Shown here: piece after piece, positions 8,818 through 19,075 of the stretch
Layout: the number at the start of each line of letters is the position of its first letter
How positions within the stretch are numbered: the stretch's first letter is position 1
Origin: a virus
IMG/VR virus record: IMGVR_UViG_3300036851_000360
Location: 8,181 to 72,180 of that record
Reading direction: 5' to 3' (one strand)
Length of the DNA stretch: 64,000 nucleotides
Translations under genes and position numbers: made by a program
The notes under the pieces: generated by a model
What the model saw: only the letters and a program-made list of their open reading frames with translations
What the model was told of the DNA's origin: nothing
Databases searched by the model: none

Positions 8818-11800
8818 TGGCGACGATCTATGTCTCCACGACCGGAAGCGACGGCAACGCGGGCACGACGCCGGGCTCACCCAAGCTGACCCTCGGCGGT
8901 GGGCTGGCCGCCGCGAGCGCCGGGGACACGGTGCAGGTCGCGTCCGGCACCTATAGCGGCAACTTCATCACCAGCAAGGGCGGATCGTCGGGGAACTTCA
9001 TCACGATTCGCTCCGAGGTGAAGCACGGTGCGAAGATCAGTGGCAACGACGGCACCTCGAACGAGTCCGCGGTCGAGATCAACCACGCCTACATCCGCGT
9101 CCAGGATTTCGAGATTACCGGCACGGCCGGGTCGGGCCTCCGGAACGGTGTGATCGTCAACGCGGACAACGTCGAGGTCATCGGCAACCACATCCACACC
9201 ACCTGCCAGTTTTTGACCGAAGGGACTTCTTGGCAGGGCGGCGCCGGGATCGACTTCTGGGGCGCGTCGCGGACGAACGTCTTGGTCGACGGCAACCGCA
9301 TCCACCACATCGGGGCGCCGGGTAGCACCCAGCAACTGGTGCACGGCCTGTACCCAGCACAGCCGGCGACGAACTGCCGCATCGTCAACAACGTGGTCTA
9401 CGACTGCGAGGACTACGGCATCCAGCCGTACCCGGAGGACGAGGCCACCGGCTGGAAGATCGTCAACAACACGGTGGTCGCGTGTGGGCGCGGCATCCGC
9501 ACCGGCGACAACACAATCGTCCGCAACAACATCAGCTACAACAACAAGGCGAACAACTTCGACGTCCGCGGCTCCGGCAGCACCCTGTCGAACAACATCT
9601 CGGGCGGCTCCGGCTCATCCAGCATGTCCGGGGTCACCGTCGCCAACCCGCTGTTCACCAACTACTCGGCCCGGGACCTGACTTTGGCTGCGGGGAGCCC
9701 CGCCCTGGACGCGGGCACCGCCACCGACGCCCCGGCCACCGACGTCGCCGCCACCGCCCGTCCGCAGGGGTCTGCGGTGGATGCTGGTGCCTACGAGAAG
9801 CCAGCCGCCGTCGGAGGCGGGACAGGCGCGCCGTACACGCTCGCGTTCCCCGACGGGACGCCCTACCCGACGATCCCGGCCGGTACGACCGTGGTCAATG
9901 TGTCGACGTCGTCGGCCTTGTCCTCGGCGTTGTCGTCGGCGACCGCCGGGCAGCGGATCGTGCTCGCGGACGGGTCGTACTCGGGCGCGTTCTCGATGTC
10001 CGGGCGGGCAGGCACGGCGGCGGCCGGGATCTCGGTTGAAGCGGCCAACGTCGGCGGTGCGACGTTCGCGACCGGATCGACGTTCCGGGTCACGAACTGC
10101 TCGTACGTGACGATCTCGGGTCTGATGTTCAACTGGCAGGGCGAAGGCGAGACCTTTCAATTCCGTGGCACGTCACACCACTGTCGGCTCACCCGCTCCA
10201 CGTTCGGCCCGACCACGCACGCCGAGTCGTCCGGTGTGCAGACCTGGGTTTTCATCGGGGACGACTGCTACCACATCCGGATTGATCACAACGAGATCCG
10301 GAACAAGGGAACGAGCGGCAACGGCGTCCGGGTGTACGGCTCGTTCGCGAAGGTCGACGCCGGCCAGGGCTCGAGCGCCGGTTGCCGGTGGGTGCGCATC
10401 GACCACAACATCTTCCGGTCGATCAAGCCTGAGGTGGGCAACGACAAGGAACCGGTGCGCTACGGCGTGTCCACGATGTCGCGGACGATCAGCAACGGCG
10501 TCATCGAGCGGAACCGCTTCGAGGACTGCATCTGTGAACCTGAGGTCATCTCGGTGAAGATGGGCGGCATCCGGACCACCGGTAACACCATCTACCGGTG
10601 CGCGGGTGGGCCGGTGATCCGTCACGGCACCAACTCGGTCATGAGCGATAACTACGTGGTGGACCGGGTTGACACCTTCGGCACCACCATCGGCTCCGGC
10701 GGCATCCGGTTCTACGACGCGGATCACGAGGTTGCCTACAACTACATTGACGGTGTCTTTGGCGGGAACTTCCAAGGCCCGCTGCTGCTGGACACCGGCG
10801 ACGCCGAGGGCTCGAGCACGAACCTGTCCGGGCACTGGCGGGTCATCGGCGCCGACGTGCAGCGGAACGTGATCGTCGACTGCCCCGAGGGCATCCGGAT
10901 CGGCGATAACTATTCGTCGGTGCCACGGGACTGCCGGATCCAACACAATCTCGTGGTCGATGCCGACTCCGGCGCCGCCATCACCCAGCGGGTCGCTCCG
11001 TCTAACACGGTGCTGGACGGAACGAACGTCTACTACGCCACCACGACCGCGGCGGGGATGACCCAAGACGCGGACACGATCTGGCGCAAGCCGGGATTCG
11101 GACCCCGGCTGACCTACCTGGAGCAGGCCGACGTCGGCCCGGCCGGGGACCTCGGGGACACCGACGGAACCGGTGTTGAGGCGGGCGGTATCGCCGCCGA
11201 CCCGGCCGACATCCTGAACATCGGGGCCGACGAGGGCCAGAACCATTTCCAGCTGCAGTACGCCCTCGACGGCAGCACCGGCAACGACATCACCATCACA
11301 CAGTTCGACGACGTCGCTGCCGGGTTCACCGCCGACCCGTACTTCAAGGTCGTCACGAACCTCGATGGCGCACCTGCGGTGCAGTTCCGGGTGCGGGCGG
11401 ACGCGGCCACTACGACAGGTTCGTCGACACCGCGCTCGGAGCTACGGGAGACCCGCGCCGACGGCACCGAGATGGCGTTCGACGCCATGCACGGCGACCA
11501 TTCGCTGCGCACTCGGGTCCGGATCACCCACCTGCCAGCGGGTGACCCCGAGGTCGTCGTGGCGCAACTGCACAACGGCGTCACCGGGGACCGGATCGCG
11601 ATCCGCACACAGCTGGTGTCCAGCCAGATCAAGTTGCTGTGCCGGATCAACGGCACCCAGGTGGATCCCCGGTTCGACGAGTCCTACGCGGTGGGCGACG
11701 AATTCGAGGTCTTCGTCAAGGTGCTGGACGGTGGGCTTGTCGAGGTCTACTACAACGGCGTCACCGAGCCCACGGTCACCGGCCAGCTGGCCGCGAGCGG

Positions 11801-12806
11801 AGCGGGCGCCTCCTGGTACTGGAAGCTGGGGGCATACGCGCAGTTCGACGAGACCACCACGTCGGCCACCGAGTACGTGTCGGTCGAGCACCGCGACCTG
11901 CAAGTCACCCATGGCGGCGGCCGGGTGGACGCAGGCGCGGACGCGCAGGTGATCACGGGGCAGGCATTCACTCGGCTGGCGCAGGAGCTCGGTCTCACCG
12001 GGGTCACGGCCCGCCGTTGGACGATCGTGTCTCGGCCGCTGCCGCCCGACCCGGAACCCGACCCGGGTCCGGGCGACCCGGGGGACATGACGATCGCCGC
12101 GGTCCGGCACGGCTGGGGCACTCCGCACGCGTTGTCCGACGAGTTCGACTACACCGGCCCGCCGAACTCGACGAAGTGGAAGCTGCCCGGCGCGGACTGG
12201 GCCGGGCACAACGGCAACGGTCGTCGCCGCCCGGAACGGCAGACCGTCGCCGACGGGAAGTTCGTCATGACCGGGCTGCAGAACGGCGACACGGGGTGGT
12301 GTCAACATCGGCTGGACGTGCAGTACGGCCGCTGGGAGGCGCGGGTTCGGAGCTTCGCCGGGGCCCCGTCCGCGGGCGAACCGGACTCCACGTCGAACGG
12401 CAACGACTATCACCCGCTGCTGCTGCTGTGGCCGCAAAGCAACTCCCGTCAAACCGATGGCGAATATGACTGGATGGAAAACGGGGCGCCAGGCGAAAAC
12501 ACGCTTGAGGCGTTCATCCACTACCCGCATCCAGGCACGAGCGTGGTTCAGCAGGAGCACTTCGAGCGGCCCAACAGCAGCCTGAGCCAGTTCCACAACA
12601 TCGCCATGGAGTGGACCTCTCAGCACATCAAGGGCTTCTTCGACGGCGTGGAGTGGTTCTCCGTGAGCGGGGGTGCGAACAGCGTGCGACGCAACATCCA
12701 AACCATGCCCGCGGGTCACGCGGTGATACAGCTCGACGACTTCGACGGCACCAATCAGACGCCAGCAACGATCGAGCTCGAATGGTTCCGTTATTACAGT
12801 CTGTGA
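8817..12806 (+). CDS. Multi-domain virion depolymerase: beta-helix + PL6 + PL7 + GH16
   Basis: ATG overlaps upstream TGA; 'IYVSTTGSD' beta-helix start; PL6 'EVISVK...RHG'; PL7 RSELRE/QLH/YWKLGAY; GH16 'GEYDWME'. Confidence 0.8.
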   Translation: MATIYVSTTGSDGNAGTTPGSPKLTLGGGLAAASAGDTVQVASGTYSGNFITSKGGSSGNFITIRSEVKHGAKISGNDGTSNESAVEINHAYIRVQDFEITGTAGSGLRNGVIVNADNVEVIGNHIHTTCQFLTEGTSWQGGAGIDFWGASRTNVLVDGNRIHHIGAPGSTQQLVHGLYPAQPATNCRIVNNVVYDCEDYGIQPYPEDEATGWKIVNNTVVACGRGIRTGDNTIVRNNISYNNKANNFDVRGSGSTLSNNISGGSGSSSMSGVTVANPLFTNYSARDLTLAAGSPALDAGTATDAPATDVAATARPQGSAVDAGAYEKPAAVGGGTGAPYTLAFPDGTPYPTIPAGTTVVNVSTSSALSSALSSATAGQRIVLADGSYSGAFSMSGRAGTAAAGISVEAANVGGATFATGSTFRVTNCSYVTISGLMFNWQGEGETFQFRGTSHHCRLTRSTFGPTTHAESSGVQTWVFIGDDCYHIRIDHNEIRNKGTSGNGVRVYGSFAKVDAGQGSSAGCRWVRIDHNIFRSIKPEVGNDKEPVRYGVSTMSRTISNGVIERNRFEDCICEPEVISVKMGGIRTTGNTIYRCAGGPVIRHGTNSVMSDNYVVDRVDTFGTTIGSGGIRFYDADHEVAYNYIDGVFGGNFQGPLLLDTGDAEGSSTNLSGHWRVIGADVQRNVIVDCPEGIRIGDNYSSVPRDCRIQHNLVVDADSGAAITQRVAPSNTVLDGTNVYYATTTAAGMTQDADTIWRKPGFGPRLTYLEQADVGPAGDLGDTDGTGVEAGGIAADPADILNIGADEGQNHFQLQYALDGSTGNDITITQFDDVAAGFTADPYFKVVTNLDGAPAVQFRVRADAATTTGSSTPRSELRETRADGTEMAFDAMHGDHSLRTRVRITHLPAGDPEVVVAQLHNGVTGDRIAIRTQLVSSQIKLLCRINGTQVDPRFDESYAVGDEFEVFVKVLDGGLVEVYYNGVTEPTVTGQLAASGAGASWYWKLGAYAQFDETTTSATEYVSVEHRDLQVTHGGGRVDAGADAQVITGQAFTRLAQELGLTGVTARRWTIVSRPLPPDPEPDPGPGDPGDMTIAAVRHGWGTPHALSDEFDYTGPPNSTKWKLPGADWAGHNGNGRRRPERQTVADGKFVMTGLQNGDTGWCQHRLDVQYGRWEARVRSFAGAPSAGEPDSTSNGNDYHPLLLLWPQSNSRQTDGEYDWMENGAPGENTLEAFIHYPHPGTSVVQQEHFERPNSSLSQFHNIAMEWTSQHIKGFFDGVEWFSVSGGANSVRRNIQTMPAGHAVIQLDDFDGTNQTPATIELEWFRYYSL

Positions 12807-12839
12807 TTGGCGGGAGTCAACGGCGATGAGGCAGCTGTT

Positions 12840-15800
12840 GTGACCGGCCCGATCGATAGCGACGCCGAACTCAACTGGGTCGCCCCGACCACCACCGGCA
12901 CCTACGTCATCCGCTACGCGGTCGACGCGAACGAGGGCACGTTCAGCGACGACGTAGTCGTCACGGTGGTGGACGCCCCAACCGGCCCGCAGACGGTTCA
13001 CCTGGACTCGATCCCATCCCGGGCGGCCATCGGCGAACCCACCATCGTCATCGACCAGCCGGCTGGCGCGACCCCGACCATGCTCGGCGTCAACACCGTC
13101 CTGGGCGAGACATTCTTCCTGGGCTACAACCCCCAAGTCCCGACCGGCCCGCAGACCGTCCACCTGGACTCGATCCCATCCCGGGCGATCGTCGGCGAGC
13201 CGACGGTCACGGTGCGCCCGGCGCCACTGCCGGTCGTCGTCAACCTGGACTCGATCCCGTCGCGGCTGCGGATCGGTGCCCCGTCGGTGACGGTTGGGAA
13301 CGCCCCACCGGACCAGCCGATCACCGACCTGACCCTCTCGCTGTTCGCGATCGACCCGGCCACCGGGTACGGGATCCCGCTCCCGGATTTCGAGTCCCTC
13401 ACGCTGTCGCCGTTGCGGAACTCCGGCGGCTCGATCAGCCTGGACTACCCGGAGGACGGCGAGAACTTCGCGGTCCTGCGAGCCGCGATCACCAACGGCC
13501 GCGACGTCGAGGTCGAGATCTGGGTGTCCGGCACCTCCCGCGGTGCCCTGCGCGGCTATCTACAGGAAGCCCAGGGCGACGACACGGCCGAGGACGGCGC
13601 GTGGACGTTCGCCGGCGGCTTCCTCGGGTTGCGCATGGACGAGGCGTGGATCCGCCCGCAGGAACAGGGCCCGCTCGTCCCCGATGACGACGACAACCCG
13701 GACAACGACCAGCACGCCAACGAGAAGCGTGAACTGATCTTCAACGCGTCGACCGCGGGTACCGTGATGGCCACGGCCATGACCCAGGCCCACACCCGCA
13801 ACGCACTGAGCGACATCGTCTGGGACTTCACCGCCACCCACGACTCCGACGGCACCCCCTGGCCACAGGTGATCACCACCCGGTTCAGCCCGGGCGCCAG
13901 CTACAAGCAGCTACTGGATCGGCTGGTCACCCTCGGACTCGCCGAGTGGGACGTGCAGTGGAGCGGCGCCCACCGGGTACTGAGGATGTGGGTGCCGGAG
14001 GGCCGGGGCACCGACCTGTCCGACGACGCGGTACCGGTGGTACTGCAGCACGGGCAGAACATCCTGGACGCCCCCCGACGCTGGTCGGTGCGCGAGGCCG
14101 GCACGACGGTGATGGTGGCCGGCGCGGACGGCCTCTACGACGAGGCATCGGACGCGACCGCGCTCACCCGCCGGGGTCGGCGGATCGAGCGGTTCGTGTC
14201 GGCGAACAACCTGGCCGACGCGGGCGCGGTCACCGCTTACGCGCTCAACCAGCTCCCACTGGTCACCACCGGGCTGCACGAGGTCACGCACGGGATCGGG
14301 TTCCTGTCCGGCTCGCCACGGCCGATCGTCACCTACGACGTCGGGGACTGGGTGCTGTCCGAGTCCGGGGACACCCAGGAACGGTTGCGGGTGGTGCAGT
14401 GGACGTTGACCGTCGACAACGATGGGGGCCTGTCCGGGACGGTCACACTCAACGACACCGTCACCGACGCCCTGGTGCGGTTGCAGGCCCGCCTGGACGC
14501 CATCACCTCCGGTGAGACGGTCGTCGGCACGAGCGAGCCGTCGTCGGGGAACCTGTCGGACATCACCCCGCCCGCCGCGCCGGAGGGCCTGGTCGTCTCC
14601 TCGATCGCCTACCAGGACCCGGCGCACACCAACACCCTCGCGTCGGTCACGGTGGGCTGGCTGCCGGTCGTCACCAACGCCGACGGTTCGAACTACCCGC
14701 AAGTCCAGGCCGCGCGCTACCTCCTGCTTCAGATGGAGGATCTGGAGAACAACCCGCCGGACCCCGACGATCCCGACGACGACAGGATGATCGACCAGGA
14801 CACCTGGACCTGGGCGGACTGTCCCCAGGTGGTCCAGGACTACGCGGGGGTGCTGCGCCAGGAGTGGGTCGCTGACGGCAGCCCGGCGGGCGTGGAGACG
14901 TGGCTGCAGTCCTACGTCGCCGAGTTCTCCGCCACCCCGACGGCGACCGACGACGTGGCTGGCTACAAGGTGCGCTACGCCTACCTCGGCCTGGATCAGG
15001 TCGGCGGGATCCCGAGTTCGGACCCGTTCCCTGACGACGACCGGGTCTACTACGAGGCCACCCCGTCGAACGGCATCTCGGGCACGTCGTGGACGTTCGG
15101 CGGGGTCGAGGCCGGCGCGAACCTGCGCATCGAGGTGCAGGCGTTCGACCGGTCCAGCAACCACGGGCCGTGGGCGTCGATCGGGCACGACACCGCCATC
15201 GACGACACCCCGCCGCCCCGCCCCGGACCGCCCGGGATCACGGCGTCGTTCCGCGGGGTGCACATCACCTGGGACGGGCTCGGCCAGATCGGCGAGCCGA
15301 TGCCGATGGACTTCGACCACGTCGAGGTGTGGATTAGCCAGTCTGCGGACTTCTCCACGGCAGCGTCCACGGCTGGGTTGGCTACCGCGTTCGACCCGTT
15401 GAACCCGAACCCGCAGCATGTCGGGGACCTGTTCGCGGCCGGGACTCATCCGGTGCAGGACATGCTGTACGAGGTCGGCTACTACGCGGCTCTGCGGGCG
15501 GTGGACCGGTCGGGGAACGTGTCGCTGATGTCGGCGGCCGGCGGGCCAGCCACGGCGGAGAAGCTGTTCTCCGACGACCTGCGCGATCAGATCATCAACG
15601 ACTCCTCGATGATCGCCGCGCAGACCATCGGCACGTTGCATGTTGTCGACGGTGCGATCATCACCGCGAAGATCGCCGATCTTGCGGTGAACAACGCGAA
15701 GATCGCCGACCTCGAGGTGGGCAAACTCCGCTCCGGGACGATGATCGCGCAAGTCACGATCGCCGGGAAGTTCCGCACCCACGAGTCCGACGCCGCGAAC

Positions 15801-16724
15801 CGGGTCGAGTTCGACGCCGCAGGGCTGCGGCTCTACCGCGGCTCGACCGTCGTTGGGTCGTGGAACGTCACCGACGGATCCATGCTGATCACGGGAACGT
15901 GGCGCACCGGGCTGACCGGGGAACGCGCCGAGGGCCACCCGGACGGCTCGGTCCGCTGGTACCCCCAGTCCGGGTCTAACTACTCCCAGATAGCGAACTT
16001 CGGCAACGACGTCGTGTGGCGCGGCCCTCTCGACACAGCCGGCCGCTCCGGGCGGATCAATGTCAACGCCCTTGGTGTCGGGTTGAACTTCTCCGCCGAG
16101 TCGGAGATCCCCAGCAACCTCCGCGCAGAGATCGCCGTGTTCGACCGCCGGGCCCGCATCACCAGCCCATTCGCAGCGTTCGAGGTGAACGGGAAGCTGG
16201 ACAACCCCGCCGGCGGGCCACGCCGGTTCCAGTTCTCCCAAACCTCCGCGTCCGGGACGACGCTGCCGTACTCATACCTGTCGTACATGGCCTCCTCCTC
16301 GTCAGGTCGGGGCGGGTTCTGGGGTAACGGCGCTGGCATCAAGATGGAGGCCGGTCAGGTTCTGGTCACCGGCGACGAGCTCGACGGGTTCGGCGTCATC
16401 AAGGCGAACGAGTTCGCGGTCGCCTCCAGCGCGCAGATCAAACGCGACATCGTGGACGTCGACGACGAGGCGGTTCCGCTTGACCCGGAGCAGGTGTTCC
16501 GTGACGCCCCGGCGGTGCAGTTCAACTACGTCGACGACGCCCCCGATGTGCCGCCGCGGCTGGGTGTGCTCGCCGAGCAGATGCCGGAACTGATGCGACA
16601 CGTCGGCCCTGACGGCAAGGGCGGTGTGGTCCTGTCAGTTGGGGTGACGAGCCAGCTCGCCCTCCAACACGCGGCGCTCCGCCGCATCATCGCCCGCCTG
16701 GACGCCCTGGAAGGAAGCCTGTGA
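12840..16724 (+). CDS. Large minor tail/baseplate hub protein with FN3-like domains and C-terminal intramolecular chaperone-like region
   Basis: GTG after GAGG (TTG 12807 is an alternative start); 'RAVDRSGN', 'ITAKIADL' repeats; 'SSAQIKRDI...GVLAEQ...coiled coil' is S74-like. Confidence 0.75.
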   Translation: MTGPIDSDAELNWVAPTTTGTYVIRYAVDANEGTFSDDVVVTVVDAPTGPQTVHLDSIPSRAAIGEPTIVIDQPAGATPTMLGVNTVLGETFFLGYNPQVPTGPQTVHLDSIPSRAIVGEPTVTVRPAPLPVVVNLDSIPSRLRIGAPSVTVGNAPPDQPITDLTLSLFAIDPATGYGIPLPDFESLTLSPLRNSGGSISLDYPEDGENFAVLRAAITNGRDVEVEIWVSGTSRGALRGYLQEAQGDDTAEDGAWTFAGGFLGLRMDEAWIRPQEQGPLVPDDDDNPDNDQHANEKRELIFNASTAGTVMATAMTQAHTRNALSDIVWDFTATHDSDGTPWPQVITTRFSPGASYKQLLDRLVTLGLAEWDVQWSGAHRVLRMWVPEGRGTDLSDDAVPVVLQHGQNILDAPRRWSVREAGTTVMVAGADGLYDEASDATALTRRGRRIERFVSANNLADAGAVTAYALNQLPLVTTGLHEVTHGIGFLSGSPRPIVTYDVGDWVLSESGDTQERLRVVQWTLTVDNDGGLSGTVTLNDTVTDALVRLQARLDAITSGETVVGTSEPSSGNLSDITPPAAPEGLVVSSIAYQDPAHTNTLASVTVGWLPVVTNADGSNYPQVQAARYLLLQMEDLENNPPDPDDPDDDRMIDQDTWTWADCPQVVQDYAGVLRQEWVADGSPAGVETWLQSYVAEFSATPTATDDVAGYKVRYAYLGLDQVGGIPSSDPFPDDDRVYYEATPSNGISGTSWTFGGVEAGANLRIEVQAFDRSSNHGPWASIGHDTAIDDTPPPRPGPPGITASFRGVHITWDGLGQIGEPMPMDFDHVEVWISQSADFSTAASTAGLATAFDPLNPNPQHVGDLFAAGTHPVQDMLYEVGYYAALRAVDRSGNVSLMSAAGGPATAEKLFSDDLRDQIINDSSMIAAQTIGTLHVVDGAIITAKIADLAVNNAKIADLEVGKLRSGTMIAQVTIAGKFRTHESDAANRVEFDAAGLRLYRGSTVVGSWNVTDGSMLITGTWRTGLTGERAEGHPDGSVRWYPQSGSNYSQIANFGNDVVWRGPLDTAGRSGRINVNALGVGLNFSAESEIPSNLRAEIAVFDRRARITSPFAAFEVNGKLDNPAGGPRRFQFSQTSASGTTLPYSYLSYMASSSSGRGGFWGNGAGIKMEAGQVLVTGDELDGFGVIKANEFAVASSAQIKRDIVDVDDEAVPLDPEQVFRDAPAVQFNYVDDAPDVPPRLGVLAEQMPELMRHVGPDGKGGVVLSVGVTSQLALQHAALRRIIARLDALEGSL

Positions 16725-16873
16725 CACACGGCCCAGAGATCAACGTGTCTGAGGTCATCGCCGAGCTCGACCCGCTCGGGAAGGCGTTGTTCGACGCCGC
16801 CTTGGAACGGGTGCGGGTGCGGCGTCTGCAGGAGCGGATCGCTGAGCTTGAGCAGCAGCAGGAAGGGGTCTGA
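16721..16873 (+). CDS. Small coiled-coil protein
   Basis: GTGA overlap; 50 aa MTHGPEINVSEVIAEL... Confidence 0.55.
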   Translation: MTHGPEINVSEVIAELDPLGKALFDAALERVRVRRLQERIAELEQQQEGV

Positions 16874-16875
16874 AC

Positions 16876-19050
16876 GTGCCGACTTCGTTCCCCACGTTCG
16901 TTGACACCCCGGAAGGGGAAGAGCCGGAGCCGGGCACCCCAGACGCCGACGCCGCCTACCTGAACAGCGTCAACGTCGCGATCAACACGCTCGAGAACAC
17001 GCTGCCCGGCAAGGTCGACGCTGGCACTCTCGCCACGGTAGCCAGCTCCGGCGCCTACACCGACCTGATCGGTTCACCGTTCATCCCGACCGCGCCGAGC
17101 CACATCGGCGCGCAGCCGGCCGGCACCTACGTGGTGCCCGGCGATCTGGCGGCGTACGCCCCGGTCGCACACACCCACGCCGCGCCGAACAAGGTCCCCG
17201 TGGGCAGCATCAACGCCACCGGCACCCCCACTGCCTCGACGTTCCTGCGTGGTGACGGCACCTGGTCGCCGCCCCCACCGGACATCAGCGGCGGGATCAG
17301 CGGCGCGGTTGGCGACGGAGTCGTCGACGACACCGTCGCGATCAATGCTGCGCTCACGGCCGCCCGCACCGGTGGTGGCGGTCTGGTGAAAGGCGCCCCC
17401 GGCAGCACCTACCTGATCAACGCGCCGTTGGTCATCGGGTCGAACACCGTGCTGGATATGACCGGCTGCCGGGTGGTGCTCGACCCGGCGGTGACCCAGT
17501 CCAACATGCTGAACAACCGTGCGGTCTCCACGTCGAACCGCACGGTCACCGACGGCGCGATCGCCGCCGCCGCGAACATCCTGGTGTCCGCTGCGGCCGC
17601 TTGGACGTCGGCCGACATCGGCCGCAGCGTGCACATCCCCGGCGCTGGCTGGGAGCTGCACGGCGGGGACGAGACCCCGGTCTGCGCCACGATCCTCTCA
17701 GTGTCGGGCACGGACGCCGAGCTGGACACCGTTGCCGGTACGACCGTTGTCGGCGCCACGGTGACCATCTACAACCGCGACGAGAACATCTTGGTGACCG
17801 GCGGTACCTGGGACGCGGGGGCCAACGAAGGCGGCGCCGACAACACCGGGCGACACATCCTGCGATTCCGCCGCATCGACGACCTGACGGTGCGGGACCT
17901 TCGGGTCGAGTGCACCGGCGGGAAGTACGCGATCACCCCCGGCGACTGCAACCGCGTGAAGATCACCGACTGCTCGTTCGACACCAGCTCCGACGGCATC
18001 CACTTCCACGGCCCGGCACGTGGCATCACGATCCGCGGGATCACCGGCGTCATGGGCGACGACTCGGTCGCGATCGGCACCGACGACATCCCGCAATATC
18101 AGGACGTCGCCGGGCCCATCAGCGAAGTGGTCATTGAAGACGTCGACTGCGTCACCGACATCAACATCGTGAAGATCTACACCCGGATCGGGATCGACCT
18201 GAACAACATCACGATCCGCAACATCCGCGGGCGGAGCCTCGGCGAGTTCACCGGCATCACCCTTGTCGACGGGACCATGGACAACATCCTGGTCGACGGC
18301 GTGAACATCACCGGCCCGGCGGGCGGCATCTTCCGCTCGGTGATGCTGGCCTGCTCGAGCTCGAAGGCCACCGTCCGCAACGTCGTGTCTAGCGGCGGGT
18401 TCCTGTGCCAGGTCGTCACCGGGTTCACCGTCGACTCCCTGCTCGTGCAGGGCGCGGTGCACAGCTCACCCACCAGTGGCGATCACATGGTCGTCATCGA
18501 TGGTTCCGTCGGCCACCTGTCGGTCTCCGACTTCTCCTGCACGCTCCCCGCCAGTGCGTCTCTCGTCCGCATGACCAACGGGGCCAGCATCGGCGCCGCC
18601 TACATCTCCGACGGTGTCCTCACCGGCGTCACCCACGGCTCGTTCCTCGACGCGCAGGTGTCATCCGGCACCCTCGGGCGGGCCGTGCTCCGCGGGCTCC
18701 GGGGCAGCAGCATTGCGTTTGGGTTCGCCACCAGCATCTCCGGGGAGGTGAACCTGTCGGACGTCGACCTGTCCGCAGCGATCGGACTGGTGTACGTGGC
18801 GGGCGGCAACCTAGTGATCCGCAACGGGCAGGGCATCACCGGAACGGCTACAGCCAGCTTCCGCGATGCCGGCACTCTCGCTGTCCGGGCCCCCGACTTC
18901 CCCATCGATCTCGACCTGGCCAACAGCCGATCCGCCGGCGACCGGGCCTTCAACGTCGACGCTGGCCTGTCCTGCGGTGTCGGCCCGGTGGTGTTCAACG
19001 GGACCGCCTGGGTGAACGTCGCCTCCGGCGCCACGTACACGCCGGCCTGA
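16876..19050 (+). CDS. Tailspike/fibre with pectate-lyase-like beta-helix
   Basis: 'GAVGDGVVDDTVAINAAL', 'DGIHF', 'GDDSVAIG'; HTH-type fibre motif 'HTHAA' and 'TFLRGDGTW'. Confidence 0.8.
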   Translation: MPTSFPTFVDTPEGEEPEPGTPDADAAYLNSVNVAINTLENTLPGKVDAGTLATVASSGAYTDLIGSPFIPTAPSHIGAQPAGTYVVPGDLAAYAPVAHTHAAPNKVPVGSINATGTPTASTFLRGDGTWSPPPPDISGGISGAVGDGVVDDTVAINAALTAARTGGGGLVKGAPGSTYLINAPLVIGSNTVLDMTGCRVVLDPAVTQSNMLNNRAVSTSNRTVTDGAIAAAANILVSAAAAWTSADIGRSVHIPGAGWELHGGDETPVCATILSVSGTDAELDTVAGTTVVGATVTIYNRDENILVTGGTWDAGANEGGADNTGRHILRFRRIDDLTVRDLRVECTGGKYAITPGDCNRVKITDCSFDTSSDGIHFHGPARGITIRGITGVMGDDSVAIGTDDIPQYQDVAGPISEVVIEDVDCVTDINIVKIYTRIGIDLNNITIRNIRGRSLGEFTGITLVDGTMDNILVDGVNITGPAGGIFRSVMLACSSSKATVRNVVSSGGFLCQVVTGFTVDSLLVQGAVHSSPTSGDHMVVIDGSVGHLSVSDFSCTLPASASLVRMTNGASIGAAYISDGVLTGVTHGSFLDAQVSSGTLGRAVLRGLRGSSIAFGFATSISGEVNLSDVDLSAAIGLVYVAGGNLVIRNGQGITGTATASFRDAGTLAVRAPDFPIDLDLANSRSAGDRAFNVDAGLSCGVGPVVFNGTAWVNVASGATYTPA

Positions 19051-19075
19051 CGCACACGCAAGCAGGGGAGCCCCG

